DNA of 64,000 nucleotides from an uncultured cyanobacterium (GCA_963807635.1 CAWEDJ010000069.1:1-64000), one strand, 5' to 3'; positions 40,936-52,442 are shown, numbered from the stretch's first letter. Numbers and translations: made by a program. Notes: generated by a model from the letters alone, not told the origin.

Positions 40936-43041
40936 ATGCTAACAGGAGTAGAGCCTTTAATTGTTGATGCCTTAGCCAAAGGATTAATCGGGCAATTGGT
41001 GAAGTCGGGCTGGGAAGGTATTGCGAACAGTGAGTTACTCCAAGCCAATGTGGGGGATTTATGGCGAGATGGAAAATATCTCTTTGTCAGGGAATATGCT
41101 CAACGGTATTGGGGTCGGCACGGGCTCGTCAGAGTGTTGAAAATGGCTAAGCCGATGGATTTGGAATCAATTTATATTAATGTGCAATGTTTGGATAAAT
41201 TTACACGCGACAAATATGAATCCAGTCTCAACTTAGAAAAAGCATTTCGAGAAAGTAATCAACGGCGGTATCGTTCTCAAAAAGACGGCAAACAAGAGGG
41301 CATGATGTTTGCGAATCAGGAAAAATATTTGATGGTTTTTGGAGAGCCTGGTATTGGCAAATCTACTTTTTTGCGGAAGGTTGGTTTAGAGGCAATGAAA
41401 GGAAATAATGAAAAATATCAACCTAATTTAACCCCTGTTTTATTAGAGTTAAAGCACTTTAAAGAAGAGCAGATTGATATTCAGGGATTAATCCAAAAAG
41501 AGTTTGATATTTGTGGTTTTCCTAACGTAGAAAAAGCCATTCCTGATAAATTAAAGAAGGGTGAGTTATTAATTTTATTGGATGGTTTAGATGAAGTTCC
41601 TGATGCTAATACCAATAATGTAATTACAACCATTCAAAATTTTGTCGATCAACATAACAAAAATCGCTTTATCATTTCCTGTCGCACGGCGGCTCGTACT
41701 CATTTTAGACAATTTACGGATATTGAAATTGTCGAGTTTGATGATCAACAAATTGAGACTTTTATTAAGCATTGGTTTAGGGATGAACCAGAAACAGCGC
41801 AGGAATGTTGGCAATTGTTACAACAACCTAAATATGCCAGTGCTAAGGAATTGGGACAAACGCCCTTATTATTAACATTTCTTTGTTTAGCTTACGATGA
41901 AAATCAAGCGTTTCCCACTAATCGTAGTCGTTTGTATGGGGATGCTTTACGAATTTTATTAGAACGTTGGGCGGCAGAAAAAAGTTTACCCAATCGGCGA
42001 CAAATTTACGAGAATTTGAGTATTGAAAATGAAGAAATTTTACTGTCAGAAATTGCCTATTTTTATTTTAGTGAAGACCGATTATTTTACAATCAAGGGG
42101 AATTAACGGATCAAATTAAAACTTTTTTAAGGGATAGTCTCAATGCCCCCCATTATTTAGATGGTGAGCAGATTTTAAAAACGATTGAAAAAGAGCAAGG
42201 AATTTTTGTGGAACGGGCGCGGGGGGAATATTCTTTTTCCCATTTAACGTTACAGGAATATCTGACGGCGAAATATATTGTCGATAATAATTTGGTCGGG
42301 CAGGTGGTGAAAGCTCATCTCACGGAACCTCGTTGGCGAGAAGTTTTTTTGCTGATTGCGGGCTTGATTTTAGGGAAACAACAAACCAGTGACTTTTTTG
42401 GGGTAATGGCCCAGATGGCCAAAGATTTTCTTCAAACTCAACTGGGAAAAAAATTCCTACCTGTTTTAGAATGGGCAGACCGCATGACCAAAGATTCGGT
42501 GAATAGTCCCATTAAACGCCCAAGAAGAAGAGCGATCGCCTCCACCACCGTCACCACCGTCGCCGCCGTCACCGCCTACACCAATGCCTTCGCCAACGGC
42601 TACACCTATGTCACTGCCAACCCTTACGACACTCACGCCTTCGACTCCGTCACCGTCAGCCTCAGCTCCAACGCCAATGCCAATGCCAAATTCATCGAAT
42701 CTTGGATAACATTGACTGAATTATTTCAAAAAGACCAAATTTTTTCGACCGTTAATTATCAGTCTTTAAGCACAAAATTAAGAGAAGAGCAAGACTTTTT
42801 TAACACGAAACCTCAATTAACAGACAAAGAATTTAAGGAAAGAATCGAGGCTATATTTCAAGTTTGGAATCAAACCTTTTCCCTAACTCCAGACTTATTA
42901 AACTTTGGGTTTGAGGAAATAGGCAACATTGATCAGCAGTATTTCTATATTTATCGCTTGATGTTGGACTGCCAAAAAATCGCGCCGAATTTGGCTCCTG
43001 GGGTTTGGGCAGAAATTGAAAACGGAATGTTATTGCCTTAA
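40936..43041 (+). CDS. NACHT-domain NTPase (bacterial NLR-like) with low-complexity insert and helical C-terminus
   Basis: Walker A GEPGIGKS, LLDGLDEV, IISCR, TPLLL, FSHLTLQEYLTA, WREVFLL. Confidence 0.9.
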   Translation: MLTGVEPLIVDALAKGLIGQLVKSGWEGIANSELLQANVGDLWRDGKYLFVREYAQRYWGRHGLVRVLKMAKPMDLESIYINVQCLDKFTRDKYESSLNLEKAFRESNQRRYRSQKDGKQEGMMFANQEKYLMVFGEPGIGKSTFLRKVGLEAMKGNNEKYQPNLTPVLLELKHFKEEQIDIQGLIQKEFDICGFPNVEKAIPDKLKKGELLILLDGLDEVPDANTNNVITTIQNFVDQHNKNRFIISCRTAARTHFRQFTDIEIVEFDDQQIETFIKHWFRDEPETAQECWQLLQQPKYASAKELGQTPLLLTFLCLAYDENQAFPTNRSRLYGDALRILLERWAAEKSLPNRRQIYENLSIENEEILLSEIAYFYFSEDRLFYNQGELTDQIKTFLRDSLNAPHYLDGEQILKTIEKEQGIFVERARGEYSFSHLTLQEYLTAKYIVDNNLVGQVVKAHLTEPRWREVFLLIAGLILGKQQTSDFFGVMAQMAKDFLQTQLGKKFLPVLEWADRMTKDSVNSPIKRPRRRAIASTTVTTVAAVTAYTNAFANGYTYVTANPYDTHAFDSVTVSLSSNANANAKFIESWITLTELFQKDQIFSTVNYQSLSTKLREEQDFFNTKPQLTDKEFKERIEAIFQVWNQTFSLTPDLLNFGFEEIGNIDQQYFYIYRLMLDCQKIAPNLAPGVWAEIENGMLLP
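42535..42687 (+). repeat. Run of 51 consecutive NNC/NNT codons inside the NACHT gene
   Basis: atc gcc tcc acc acc gtc ... aac gcc aat gcc aat gcc; 44 codons end in C and 7 in T by manual count. Confidence 0.9.
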
Positions 43042-43218
43042 TTTTGTCCTGCACTTTTTTAAAATTTACCCATCATGACAATTGCGATCGCGTTTTTACT
43101 GGAGTTTTAGGGAGCGATCGCGTAATACTCACTCTCAAAACCAGTTGAATCAATGATGATTTTTACTGATTAACTCAGTTATCCTATAGTAAAGTTACAA
43201 ATCTTAACCTCAAGCCTT

Positions 43219-44182
43219 ATGCCTACCGTTAGTCTATTGCGTGCTGATTCCTACGAAATTGAACGTTTATCCGCTTCCGTCCAAGCCTTGCTCGAACCCC
43301 TGGGCGGAATCGAAGCTTTCGTTAAAAAAGGCGATCGCGTTTTACTCAAACCCAATCTGTTAACGGCGGGTCGTCCAGAGAGAGAATGTATCACCCGTCC
43401 CGAACTGGTTTATTGTGTGGCAAAGCTAGTGAAATCAGTGGGAGGAAAACCTTTTTTGGGAGATAGTCCCGCTTTTGGAAGTGCTAGGGGCGTAGTGGAA
43501 ACCAATGGCTATCTGTCCTATTTAGAAGAATTAGACATTCCCGTTGTGGAATTTCGAGGACAATCGTTATCAAACCGAAAGCGATAATTTCAATCATTTG
43601 CGTTTATCCAAGGAAACAATGGAAGCGGATGTGGTGATTAATTTACCGAAAATTAAATCCCATGTTCAATTAACCATGACCCTGGGCGTGAAAAACCTCT
43701 TCGGTTGTGTCCCTGGCAAAATGAAAGCCTGGTGGCACATGGAAGCAGGCAAGGACAGCGATCGCTTTGGCGAAATGTTAGTAGAAACGGCTAGGGCAAT
43801 TAATCCCAATTTGACTATTTTAGACGGAATTATCGGTCACGAAGGCAATGGCCCGATGAATGGGGTTCCCCGCGCTCTGGGAATTTTAGGAGCTTCTAGC
43901 AATGTGTTTGCTCTGGATTGGGCGATGGCAGATATTATCCAAGTGAATCCTGCCGATGTACCGACCTTAGCCGCTCAACAACGCTTAGGTCTCGGTTTTG
44001 ATCTGGCTGATCTAGATTTTCCCCTAGAGCATCCCCAGCAATTACAAGTGAGTGACTGGAAACTGCCCGAAGCTCTGATGCCCATTGATTTTGGCTTACC
44101 CAGGGTATTGCGATCGACCTTTAAGCACTTCTATATTCGCTTTATCAAGGAACCGTTAAACACCTATGCGTTGAAACCCTGA
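43219..44182 (+). CDS. DUF362 domain protein (frameshift near 43563)
   Basis: VLLKPNLL, GDSP, VINLPKIKSH, TLGVKNLFG, EGNGP. Confidence 0.88.
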
Positions 44183-44199
44183 CATTGATTGAATTTTTT

Positions 44200-44241
44200 G
44201 TCACATCAACTACATAAATTTCTAGGGTTTAGCCATAACTT
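44200..44241 (+). promoter_or_regulatory. NtcA-activated promoter of NsiR4
   Basis: GTC-N8-TAC (44200-44213), exactly N22, then -10 box TAACTT (44236-44241). Confidence 0.8.
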
Positions 44242-44247
44242 AGGAAC

Positions 44248-44313
44248 AAGACATAAAGTCAATATCACCCTCCGATTGCTAGAGAGCCGCCCATCCTTCA
44301 GTGGCGGTTTTTT
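44248..44313 (+). ncRNA. nsiR4: NsiR4 nitrogen-stress-induced sRNA
   Basis: AAGACATAAAGTCAATATCACCCTCCGATTGCTAGAG matches the NsiR4 sequence as recalled; GC hairpin + T-run terminator; NtcA promoter. Confidence 0.85.
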
Positions 44314-44661
44314 ATTGCCTCCAGATCTCCCCCCTTCAAGTTCCCCCATTTTTTTCTGTCAAACAGGCGATCGCGATCGCAGATCCCAGTAATGTTAAGA
44401 ATTTTTAGATAAGTTTACATAAAAAAGTTAAGAAAGTTACAGCCATTGAGATCCGCTTAATATTTTGAGATCCTTTGATAAGGCTGAATCCTTTTTTTAG
44501 CGATAAGTCTTACTGTGAAAGGATTTAAAGCTCATCTTCATTTTTCTGTTGTCATGACTTTTCTTCAAAATCTCTGCCTATTTATAGACATAAACAAGCG
44601 ATCAGCCCATACATAATTATTTTTTTTTCGTCAAGGGGGTTGTCATTTATCTTAATATAGT

Positions 44662-44679
44662 GTTACATTAGTTTACATA
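44662..44679 (+). promoter_or_regulatory. HLR1 (RpaB-binding) motif upstream of hli
   Basis: GTTACATT-AG-TTTACATA direct repeat. Confidence 0.85.
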
Positions 44680-44714
44680 AAGACAAAAGCACATAACTCA
44701 ACAGGAAATTAACA

Positions 44715-44933
44715 ATGACTTCTTCTACACGCGGATTTCGCCTCGACTCTGACAATCGTTTAAATAACTTCGCGATCGAACCCCAAGTATATGTTGATGA
44801 AACCGTCCAAGCAGGTTGGACTGAATACGCCGAGAAAATGAATGGACGCTTTGCCATGATCGGTTTTGTTTCCCTCCTAATCATGGAAGTTGTGACGGGT
44901 CACGGTGTCATCGGTTGGTTAACTAGCCTCTAA
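44715..44933 (+). CDS. hli: High-light-inducible protein (HliA/B type)
   Basis: [13 protein letters not shown] chlorophyll-binding motif, LNNFAIEP. Confidence 0.95.
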   Translation: MTSSTRGFRLDSDNRLNNFAIEPQVYVDETVQAGWTEYAEKMNGRFAMIGFVSLLIMEVVTGHGVIGWLTSL

Positions 44934-45070
44934 TCGAAAAACTGGGCTTTGCAGGCGAACGGAAACCTTTACTTAAAAGGAACCCCAGCCATTTATGAGA
45001 AAAATTAACGCCCCCTTCTCATTATTTTTAAACTTTACAAAAATTCTTTCTATACTCTGGAGCTACTACT

Positions 45071-45346
45071 ATGAATTCTGATTATGATATCTACGCCAAC
45101 AAAGACCTTTTTGCTCCCGTTGTTTTCCGCTCGGACTTTAATAGCTTTAAACCCATTTCGGGAAACCAAGCTTGGTCACTATTTTTCACAGGCGGCCAAG
45201 AAGACAAGGAATTAGGTGCTAATCCTGAAACGGGACGCTTTTTTACCAATACTCTAGCCGCGATCGGCGTTGTGGGAATTGTCTGGGCTTTCTGTTTTAG
45301 CCACCCCCAACTCTTCGGTTTTGCTCACACGCCCTTTATTGGTTAA
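45071..45346 (+). CDS. Small membrane protein, unknown function
   Basis: RBS ggag, 91 aa with a C-terminal TM helix, downstream hairpin. Confidence 0.65.
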   Translation: MNSDYDIYANKDLFAPVVFRSDFNSFKPISGNQAWSLFFTGGQEDKELGANPETGRFFTNTLAAIGVVGIVWAFCFSHPQLFGFAHTPFIG

Positions 45347-45576
45347 TTGCATGAAAAAACATTAATCCTCTGTCAACAATGAACTCGAACTTTCCTCTCA
45401 AGATAATTGGGGGGATTTTTTATCTATTTCCGATAAATTCAATAACCGTAAACTTGGTTAAAAGGCTGAAGTTTGGATTGAGCCGCGATCACCGCTTAAA
45501 ATCTGGTGTGGCTTTTCGTTCATCCGTAACCCAGGAAATCAGCTACAATTTCAGATGATCTGTAATGGCCTAAGCG

Positions 45577-47444
45577 ATGACTGACCTGATTCTAGATGTT
45601 CGTAACTTGCAAATTGAATTTGCCAGAGAAGGAAAAACTGCCCCCATCATCGCGGTTGATCGCATTGGCTTCCAATTGCAACGGGGAAAAATTCTGGGCA
45701 TTGTGGGTGAATCAGGTTCGGGCAAATCTGTCACGTCTTTGGCGATTATGGGACTGATTCCCAAGCCAGGTAGAATTGCAGAAAGCAGTGAAATTTATTT
45801 TTACCCCACTGAGGGCAGTCATGACGTAAATTTAGTCACTTTAAATGACGACGAAAAACGTCAGTATCGCGGCGGAAAAATTGCCATGATTTTCCAGGAA
45901 CCCATGAGTTCCCTTAATCCCGTTTACAATATCGGTTTTCAAATTACAGAAGCGATCCAACTCCATCAAAAAGTTACTCCCGAACAAGCCAAACAACAGG
46001 CGATCGCCTTATTACAAGAGGTTCGTGTTTTAGCGAGTGATGAGACCTTAGAAGAAACTTTTTTAACGAAAAATTTAGCGAAAAATCCCCAGAAATCGGG
46101 TGCTGTGACCGAGCAAATTAAAGCTTATATTAAACAACAAAAACAAGATTTTTTAAAACGCTATCCCCACGAACTTTCTGGTGGTCAACTGCAACGGGTG
46201 ATGATCGCCATGGCCATTTCCTGTAATCCCAGTTTATTGATCGCCGATGAACCGACCACCGCCCTAGATGTCACGGTGCAAGCAGAAATTCTCAACTTCT
46301 GCGGGATCTCTGCACCAGCGATGAGCGCAATATGTCGATGATTTTTATTTCCCACGATCTAGGGGTAATTAATGAAATTGCTGACCTGGTGGCGGTCATG
46401 TATCAAGGTAAAATTGTTGAAAATGGTAGTAAAGAGCAAGTCCTCTATGCTCCCCAACACCCCTATACCAAGGGATTATTAGCCTGTCGTCCTCGGTTAC
46501 AACCCCAACTGGCCCAATTGCCGACAGTGGCGGATTTTATGGAATCGGATCAGCCCGCCAAAACCTATGCAATTATTAGTCCCGAAGAAGAACAGCAACG
46601 ATTAACCCGTTTAGCGAAACAGGAACCTCTGCTCAAAGTGAGAGCATTAACGGTTGAATTTTCTAAGTCAGGATTACTCGGAAAGCAGGATTCTTTTAAG
46701 GCGGTTGATAATATTAATTTTCAAGTTTTTCCAGGGGAAACTTTAGGATTAGTGGGAGAATCGGGCTGTGGAAAATCAACCTTAGCCCGTACTCTTTTGC
46801 GGTTAATTCCTTCCCAATCAGGAGAAATTATATTTGGGGGAGAAACGATTTCTAAGTTAGAGATGAGAAGTAAAAAATTGCGAAACCTACGAAGAGAAAT
46901 GCAAATTGTTTTCCAAAATCCCTATAATTCCCTAAACCCTCGCATCAGCATCGGTAAAGCGATTATGGAGCCGATGATTATTCACCAAATCGAGAAGAGC
47001 GATCGCAAACGGAAGGAAAGAGTTTCGTCTTTATTAGAAAGAGTCGGTCTTGCTCCCGATTGGTTTAATCGCTATCCTCACGAATTATCGGGCGGTCAGA
47101 GGCAACGGGTTTGTATTGCCAGAGCCTTGGCCCTCAATCCCCAATTTATTATTTGTGATGAATCGGTATCTGCTTTAGATGTTTCTGTTCAAGCTCAGGT
47201 TTTAAATTTATTTAAAGATCTCCAACAGGAATTCCAATTAACCTATATTTTTATTTCCCATGATCTGAGTGTGGTTCGTTTTATGAGCGATCGCATCATG
47301 GTAATGAATAAGGGCAAACTCGCTGAAGAGATTAATTCTGCCCAGGCGATCATTACCCAACCCCAGAGTGCCTATACCCAAAAGCTGATCAATTCTATCC
47401 CCCAATTCCCCGACGATATGCAGTGGTTAAATGAGCAAAATTAG
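45577..47444 (+). CDS. Oligopeptide/dipeptide-type ABC ATPase with two NBDs (frameshift near 46295)
   Basis: GESGSGKS and GESGCGKS, two YPHELSGGQ signatures, HPYT motif. Confidence 0.9.
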
Positions 47445-47550
47445 TTGAGCGATCGCATCAAATCACCTCAAATTAAATCAAAAAATCGAGAATCTTAGGA
47501 TTAAAAAACCATTCCTCATTCTCGATAATTTAATTCATTAACAAAAACGA

Positions 47551-49131
47551 TTAGCCCACTAAAGCTTCCTGTTTTTGCTCTACTGCCTGACGTTGAGCCT
47601 CCTGAGCCAAATATTCCGCTAATTGAGCTTCAATTTCGTCACGGACAATCTGACGATATTCCATAAAATGCTCGTTGTGGGCGCAGAGGGTTAGATAATG
47701 CTCAAAAACGGCGGGATTGTGACGAATAATGCCAAATAAGTGATGCCAAAAACGCCAACGAGTATCCCGTTTAATGCCTTGTCTCCAAATGACGATCGCC
47801 AACGCTTTGATATCAATGAAGCTGGGTAATTTGGCGGGGGGATGACATCGGGGCGCACCCAATTTAAGGAAACAACGATAGATGCGGTCTAAATATAAAT
47901 GGGGATCATAAAGTTGCCAAAAAGCATGGACGTATTCGTTGGCAATATCCTCTAGGGGACGGGTGGGGATAAAGTTCATCAAGGTAGTTTGATTAATGTT
48001 GCCGTCTTTTTCTGCCCTGAGTCGATTTTCCCGTTCGAGACGATGCCACAGTGCCGTATTGGGTAACGCCTGAAGCATGGCAAAAGTGGTGGTCGGAATG
48101 GCAGTTAGTTCGGCAAACTGGATAATGCGATCGCCCGCGCCTTTTTTCTCCCCATCAAAGCCGATAATAAAACCAGCGATAGGACGTAAACCAATTTTAA
48201 GCAGTTTATCGATGGAATCGACGAGGGAATTGCGGGTATTTTGGAACTTTTTAGTTAATTGTAAACTTTCTTCATCGGGAGTTTCGATGCCCAAAAAGAC
48301 CGCATCAAAATAACAATCCACCATCAATTCCATCAATTCTTCATCATCGGCTAAATCAATAGAAGCTTCTGTATTAAAGCGGAAGGGATACTGATGTTCT
48401 TTTTGCCAGATTTTGAGTTCTTTTAACAGTAATTTAACGTTGCGTTTGTTACCGATGAAATTATCATCCACCATGAAAACACCTCGTCGCCAGCCGAGTT
48501 CGTAGAGATAATCTAATTCCTTAAGAAGCTGTTCGGGGGCTTTGGTACGGGGTTTGCGTCCGTAGAGAACAATGATGTCGCAAAATTCGCACTGGAAAGG
48601 GCAACCTCTGGAAAATTGCACCGACATAGAATCATACTGATCCAATTCCAGTAGGTCATAGCGAGGAACAGGGGTAATCGTGACATCAGGTTTTTCTTGG
48701 GTACGGAATACGCCAGAAGTCTCACCCTTGGCGATCGCCTCAATAAACATGGGGATGGTAATTTCGCCTTCATCCAAAACCATGAAATCTACGCCTGCAC
48801 CCTGTACTTCGTGGGGAACAGAGGTAGGATAGGGGCCGCCGACAGCGACTAATTTATTGCGTCGTTTTGCTTCTTTGATTTGATCTAATAAATCTTCTTT
48901 TTGGACAATCATGCCCGATAAAATCACAATTTCTGACCATTCCCATTCTTCTTCGGTGACGGCTCTGATATTTCGGTCAACTAGCTTAAATTCCCACTCC
49001 TGGGGCAAAATCGCGGCGACGGTAATCAATCCCAAGGGCGGCAGTAAAACTTTGCGATTTACGAGTTGGAGAATCTTTTCGTAAGACCAAAAAGTGGGGG
49101 GGAAAACGGGATAGATAAGTAATGCTCGCAT
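47551..49131 (-). CDS. B12-binding radical SAM protein (DUF4070 C-terminus)
   Basis: PPLGLITVAA, GGPY, RGCPFQCEFC. Confidence 0.9.
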   Translation of the reverse strand: MRALLIYPVFPPTFWSYEKILQLVNRKVLLPPLGLITVAAILPQEWEFKLVDRNIRAVTEEEWEWSEIVILSGMIVQKEDLLDQIKEAKRRNKLVAVGGPYPTSVPHEVQGAGVDFMVLDEGEITIPMFIEAIAKGETSGVFRTQEKPDVTITPVPRYDLLELDQYDSMSVQFSRGCPFQCEFCDIIVLYGRKPRTKAPEQLLKELDYLYELGWRRGVFMVDDNFIGNKRNVKLLLKELKIWQKEHQYPFRFNTEASIDLADDEELMELMVDCYFDAVFLGIETPDEESLQLTKKFQNTRNSLVDSIDKLLKIGLRPIAGFIIGFDGEKKGAGDRIIQFAELTAIPTTTFAMLQALPNTALWHRLERENRLRAEKDGNINQTTLMNFIPTRPLEDIANEYVHAFWQLYDPHLYLDRIYRCFLKLGAPRCHPPAKLPSFIDIKALAIVIWRQGIKRDTRWRFWHHLFGIIRHNPAVFEHYLTLCAHNEHFMEYRQIVRDEIEAQLAEYLAQEAQRQAVEQKQEALVG

Positions 49132-49392
49132 GGGAATTGATAAATGCCCTTATTTAGGAGATTGAAGATGGTTTTGTCATCATTGTTTAACCTGTTATAC
49201 CATAAATTTCAGGAAATGACCGAGTTTATACGGATTTTTTAAGTTTCTCTTTTCGGGAACTTTTTCCCCTCAGTTCTCGTAATTCTTCAACAATCAGCAA
49301 GATTAACTCCGATTTTTCTTGAATGCCTAAAACCTTTGGATTAGACGGTGCGTTAAACTCCAGGGTGAACTATTCGTCTCGTCCTTTCTTTT

Positions 49393-50226
49393 ATGTCCAG
49401 TGTTTCTGAAAACCTCGAACCCAATTCCCAAGCGATTCTTGACGCGCTCCAGCATTTAATTGAGGTGGTGGCTAAACTGCGATCGCCTGATGGCGGATGT
49501 CCCTGGGATTTAGAGCAAACCCAGCAAACTCTGATTCCCTACATTATTGAAGAAGCCTACGAAACCGTTCATGCGATCAAAAGTCAAGACCAAAACGCGC
49601 TCGCGGAAGAATTAGGAGATTTACTGTTACAAGTGGTATTGCAAGCCCAAGTTGCTCAGGATTCGGGCTATTTTAGCCTCAAAGAAGTCGCCCAGGGCAT
49701 TACGGAAAAACTCATCCGTCGTCATCCCCATGTCTTTGGAGAAATCGAAGTGGATAGCGTAGAAACCGTTAAGGAAAATTGGGAGAAGATTAAAGCGACG
49801 GAAAAGGGAATTAATCCAGAAGAAAAACAACTTTTAAGTGCGAAATTAACCCGTTATACCCAAAACTTACCACCTTTAATGGCAGGCACTAAAATTTCCC
49901 AAAAAGCGGCGACTGTTGGTTTTGAGTGGGAAAATATTGAAGGCGTCTGGGAAAAATTTGAAGAAGAATTGGCAGAATTTAAGGAGGCTTTACAAACAGA
50001 AGATAAACAACATCAAGAATCCGAATTAGGCGATCTATTTTTTACCTTAATTAATTTAGCTCGTTGGTATCAACTTAATCCTTCGGATGCTTTGGATGGA
50101 ACCAACCAACGCTTTATTCAACGTTTATCTTTGATGGAAAACTTTGCTGATAAACCCTTACAGGATTATACGTTAGGTGAATTAGAAAGCCTCTGGAAAA
50201 AAGCCAAATATAAACTTAATCATTGA
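49393..50226 (+). CDS. mazG: Nucleoside triphosphate pyrophosphohydrolase MazG
   Basis: GCPWD, EEAYE, EELGDLL, RRHPHVF, second ELGD. Confidence 0.95.
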   Translation: MSSVSENLEPNSQAILDALQHLIEVVAKLRSPDGGCPWDLEQTQQTLIPYIIEEAYETVHAIKSQDQNALAEELGDLLLQVVLQAQVAQDSGYFSLKEVAQGITEKLIRRHPHVFGEIEVDSVETVKENWEKIKATEKGINPEEKQLLSAKLTRYTQNLPPLMAGTKISQKAATVGFEWENIEGVWEKFEEELAEFKEALQTEDKQHQESELGDLFFTLINLARWYQLNPSDALDGTNQRFIQRLSLMENFADKPLQDYTLGELESLWKKAKYKLNH

Positions 50227-50271
50227 TTTTTTATAACGAAGATACAGATCTTTGTGTGTAAACTGAGCAAA

Positions 50272-50296
50272 GGACATAATACCATTATGTCCCTAC
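50272..50296 (-). repeat. GTAG-type REP-like hairpin between convergent mazG and bioD
   Basis: ggacataataccattatgtccctac. Confidence 0.6.
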
Positions 50297-50319
50297 AAAT
50301 CAATGCAATCTACTGTTAA

Positions 50320-51021
50320 TTATTGAAGATTAGTAGGTTCTAATCCCAGTTTCTCCCAATTTAAGTTTGTCGCAACTTTCGCTAAATAATCTAAATCTTT
50401 TAATTGCTCAGAGGATAAATAAGGTAATACTCCCAAAACGGGTAATTGGGTTAAACTTTGGATTAAATTCGTCGGAGCCCAATCTTCTATTTTTTCTTCT
50501 GCTTCTGGTTTATTACAACTTAAAATAATGCCTTTTAACGTCACTTTGGTTTGGCGAGCTAGAGCAACATTAGCTACTGCCTGCGCGATCGCACCTAATT
50601 TGACGGGAACCACTAACACCGCGTCTAAATGCCATAAACCTGCCAAATCTGCCACCGTTAATTCAGCCGTCACAGGAGAACCCAAGCCGCCCAAAGCCTC
50701 CACTAAAACCCATTCATGGTTATTTTGTAATTGGGTTAACGTTTGCCAAACGACATCCAAGGCGATCGCTTTATTTTCTCTTTCTGCGGCAATGGGTGGA
50801 GCAACGGGTTCTTTAAACTTCAGAGGAGTGACAATTTCCCAAGTGTCTTTCTGAGCAAAAAGAGATTGATAATGTTCATCATCGCCAACTCCCGTTTGTA
50901 ACAATTTCATTAACCCCAAAGAGCGATCGGAGCGGTATTGATGCCAATAGGCCGCCAAAACTGTTGTTAAGACGGTCTTGCCTACATCCGTATCTGTTCC
51001 CGTAATCAATAATGTTTTCAT
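50320..51021 (-). CDS. bioD: Dethiobiotin synthase
   Basis: ITGTDTDVGKT, VEALGG, LG.IP.L-like C-terminus. Confidence 0.93.
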   Translation of the reverse strand: MKTLLITGTDTDVGKTVLTTVLAAYWHQYRSDRSLGLMKLLQTGVGDDEHYQSLFAQKDTWEIVTPLKFKEPVAPPIAAERENKAIALDVVWQTLTQLQNNHEWVLVEALGGLGSPVTAELTVADLAGLWHLDAVLVVPVKLGAIAQAVANVALARQTKVTLKGIILSCNKPEAEEKIEDWAPTNLIQSLTQLPVLGVLPYLSSEQLKDLDYLAKVATNLNWEKLGLEPTNLQ

Positions 51022-51249
51022 CGGTTTAAAATGGATCGAATCCCGAAAATTCAACCACAGAAATAAGTTCAGTAAATTTGTTTAACTTTAAATAATCTTT
51101 AAATCAGTTTTATCGCGTTTCTACGGAGTTAAATGGGTGGGTGATCATTAAAAGTAAAGTTATCATTAAGAATGTCCAAACTAATAACTCAGAACAAACC
51201 AAACTCTGAGAAAATTAGAAAGCTATGAGTTGGGGGAAGAGTTCCTGTC

Positions 51250-52241
51250 GTGACCCGTACTGCTACTTTAACACGTCAGTCGATGCTGTCATCGCTGTCT
51301 GATAATAATCGTCTGCGTCTTTTTTCTGGATCGGCTAATTTTCCGTTATCGCAAGAAATTGCCCGTTATTTGGGAATGGATATCGGCCCGATGTTACGAA
51401 AACGTTTTGCCGATGGAGAACTGTATATCCAGATCCAGGAATCCATTCGGGGGGGGGATGTGTACCTCATTCAACCGAGTTGTCATCCCGTCAACGACAA
51501 CTTGATGGAACTGCTGATTATGGTTGATGCTTGCCGTAGAGCCTCCGCCCGTCAAATCACCGCCGTTATTCCCTACTATGGATACGCTAGAGCCGATCGC
51601 AAAACCGCAGGACGGGAATCGATCGCGGCAAAATTAGTCGCTAACCTGATCACCGAAGCAGGAGCGCAACGAGTTCTCGCAATGGATCTGCATTCTGCTC
51701 AAATTCAGGGCTATTTTGATATTCCCTTTGATCATGTCTATGGATCTCCCGTTATTATTGATTATTTACTCAGCAAAAAATTGAGTGATTTAGTGGTGGT
51801 TTCTCCCGATGTGGGAGGGGTTGCCCGTGCTGGGCCTTTGCCAAAAAATTAAATGAGGCTCCCTTAGCCATTATTGATAAACGTCGCCAGTCCCATAATG
51901 TAGCCGAGGTTTTGAATCTCATTGGGGATGTACAGGGAAAAACGGCGGTTCTCGTGGACGATATGATCGACACGGCGGGAACCATTCAAGAGGGAGCTAG
52001 ACTCCTAAAGGCACGGGGAGCAAGACAGGTTTATGCCTGTGCAACTCACGCGGTTTTCTCTGAACCAGCGATTTCTCGGTTATCGAGTGGCTTTTTGGAA
52101 GAAGTGATCGTCACCAATACGATTCCTATTCCTGAAGATCATAATTTTCCCCAATTAACGGTTCTGTCGGTGGCGAATCTCTTGGGTGAAGCCATTTGGC
52201 GGATTCATGAAGATACTTCTGTAAGTAGTATGTTCCGTTAA
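51250..52241 (+). CDS. prs: Ribose-phosphate pyrophosphokinase (frameshift near 51832)
   Basis: FADGE, PYYGYARADRK, DLHSAQIQG, VSPDVGG, VDDMIDTAGT. Confidence 0.96.
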
Positions 52242-52394
52242 TTTTTCGTAAAATCTTCTTCTTTTGTTGCGATCGCGATTTTTGTGACCATATTTTTGTG
52301 ACCATAGAAGTGTGTGAGTCTACTCTCCGAAATCCGTAAAATATCTTTGCGGATTTTTATTTTGTCAATTTATTGTTATTATTCTTAATAGTGT

Positions 52395-52412
52395 GTTACA
52401 TTTATTTACATA
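52395..52412 (+). promoter_or_regulatory. HLR1 (RpaB-binding) motif upstream of the second hli
   Basis: GTTACATT-TA-TTTACATA. Confidence 0.85.
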
Positions 52413-52442
52413 AGGCAAAACATTAAATTAAGGAAATCAGTC

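Noticed and set aside
40897..43041. Complete diversity-generating retroelement
   Set aside because: No reverse transcriptase, avd gene or template repeat is present in the window; only the codon pattern is reported.
44189..44392. 67-aa ORF
   Set aside because: It overlaps the NsiR4 promoter, sRNA and terminator and is most likely spurious.
27799..52241. glpX, uvrA, prs, natB and others as true pseudogenes
   Set aside because: They have isolated 1-nt indels with otherwise intact sequence, several are essential, and lesions cluster at GGCC or homopolymers, so sequencing error is more likely.
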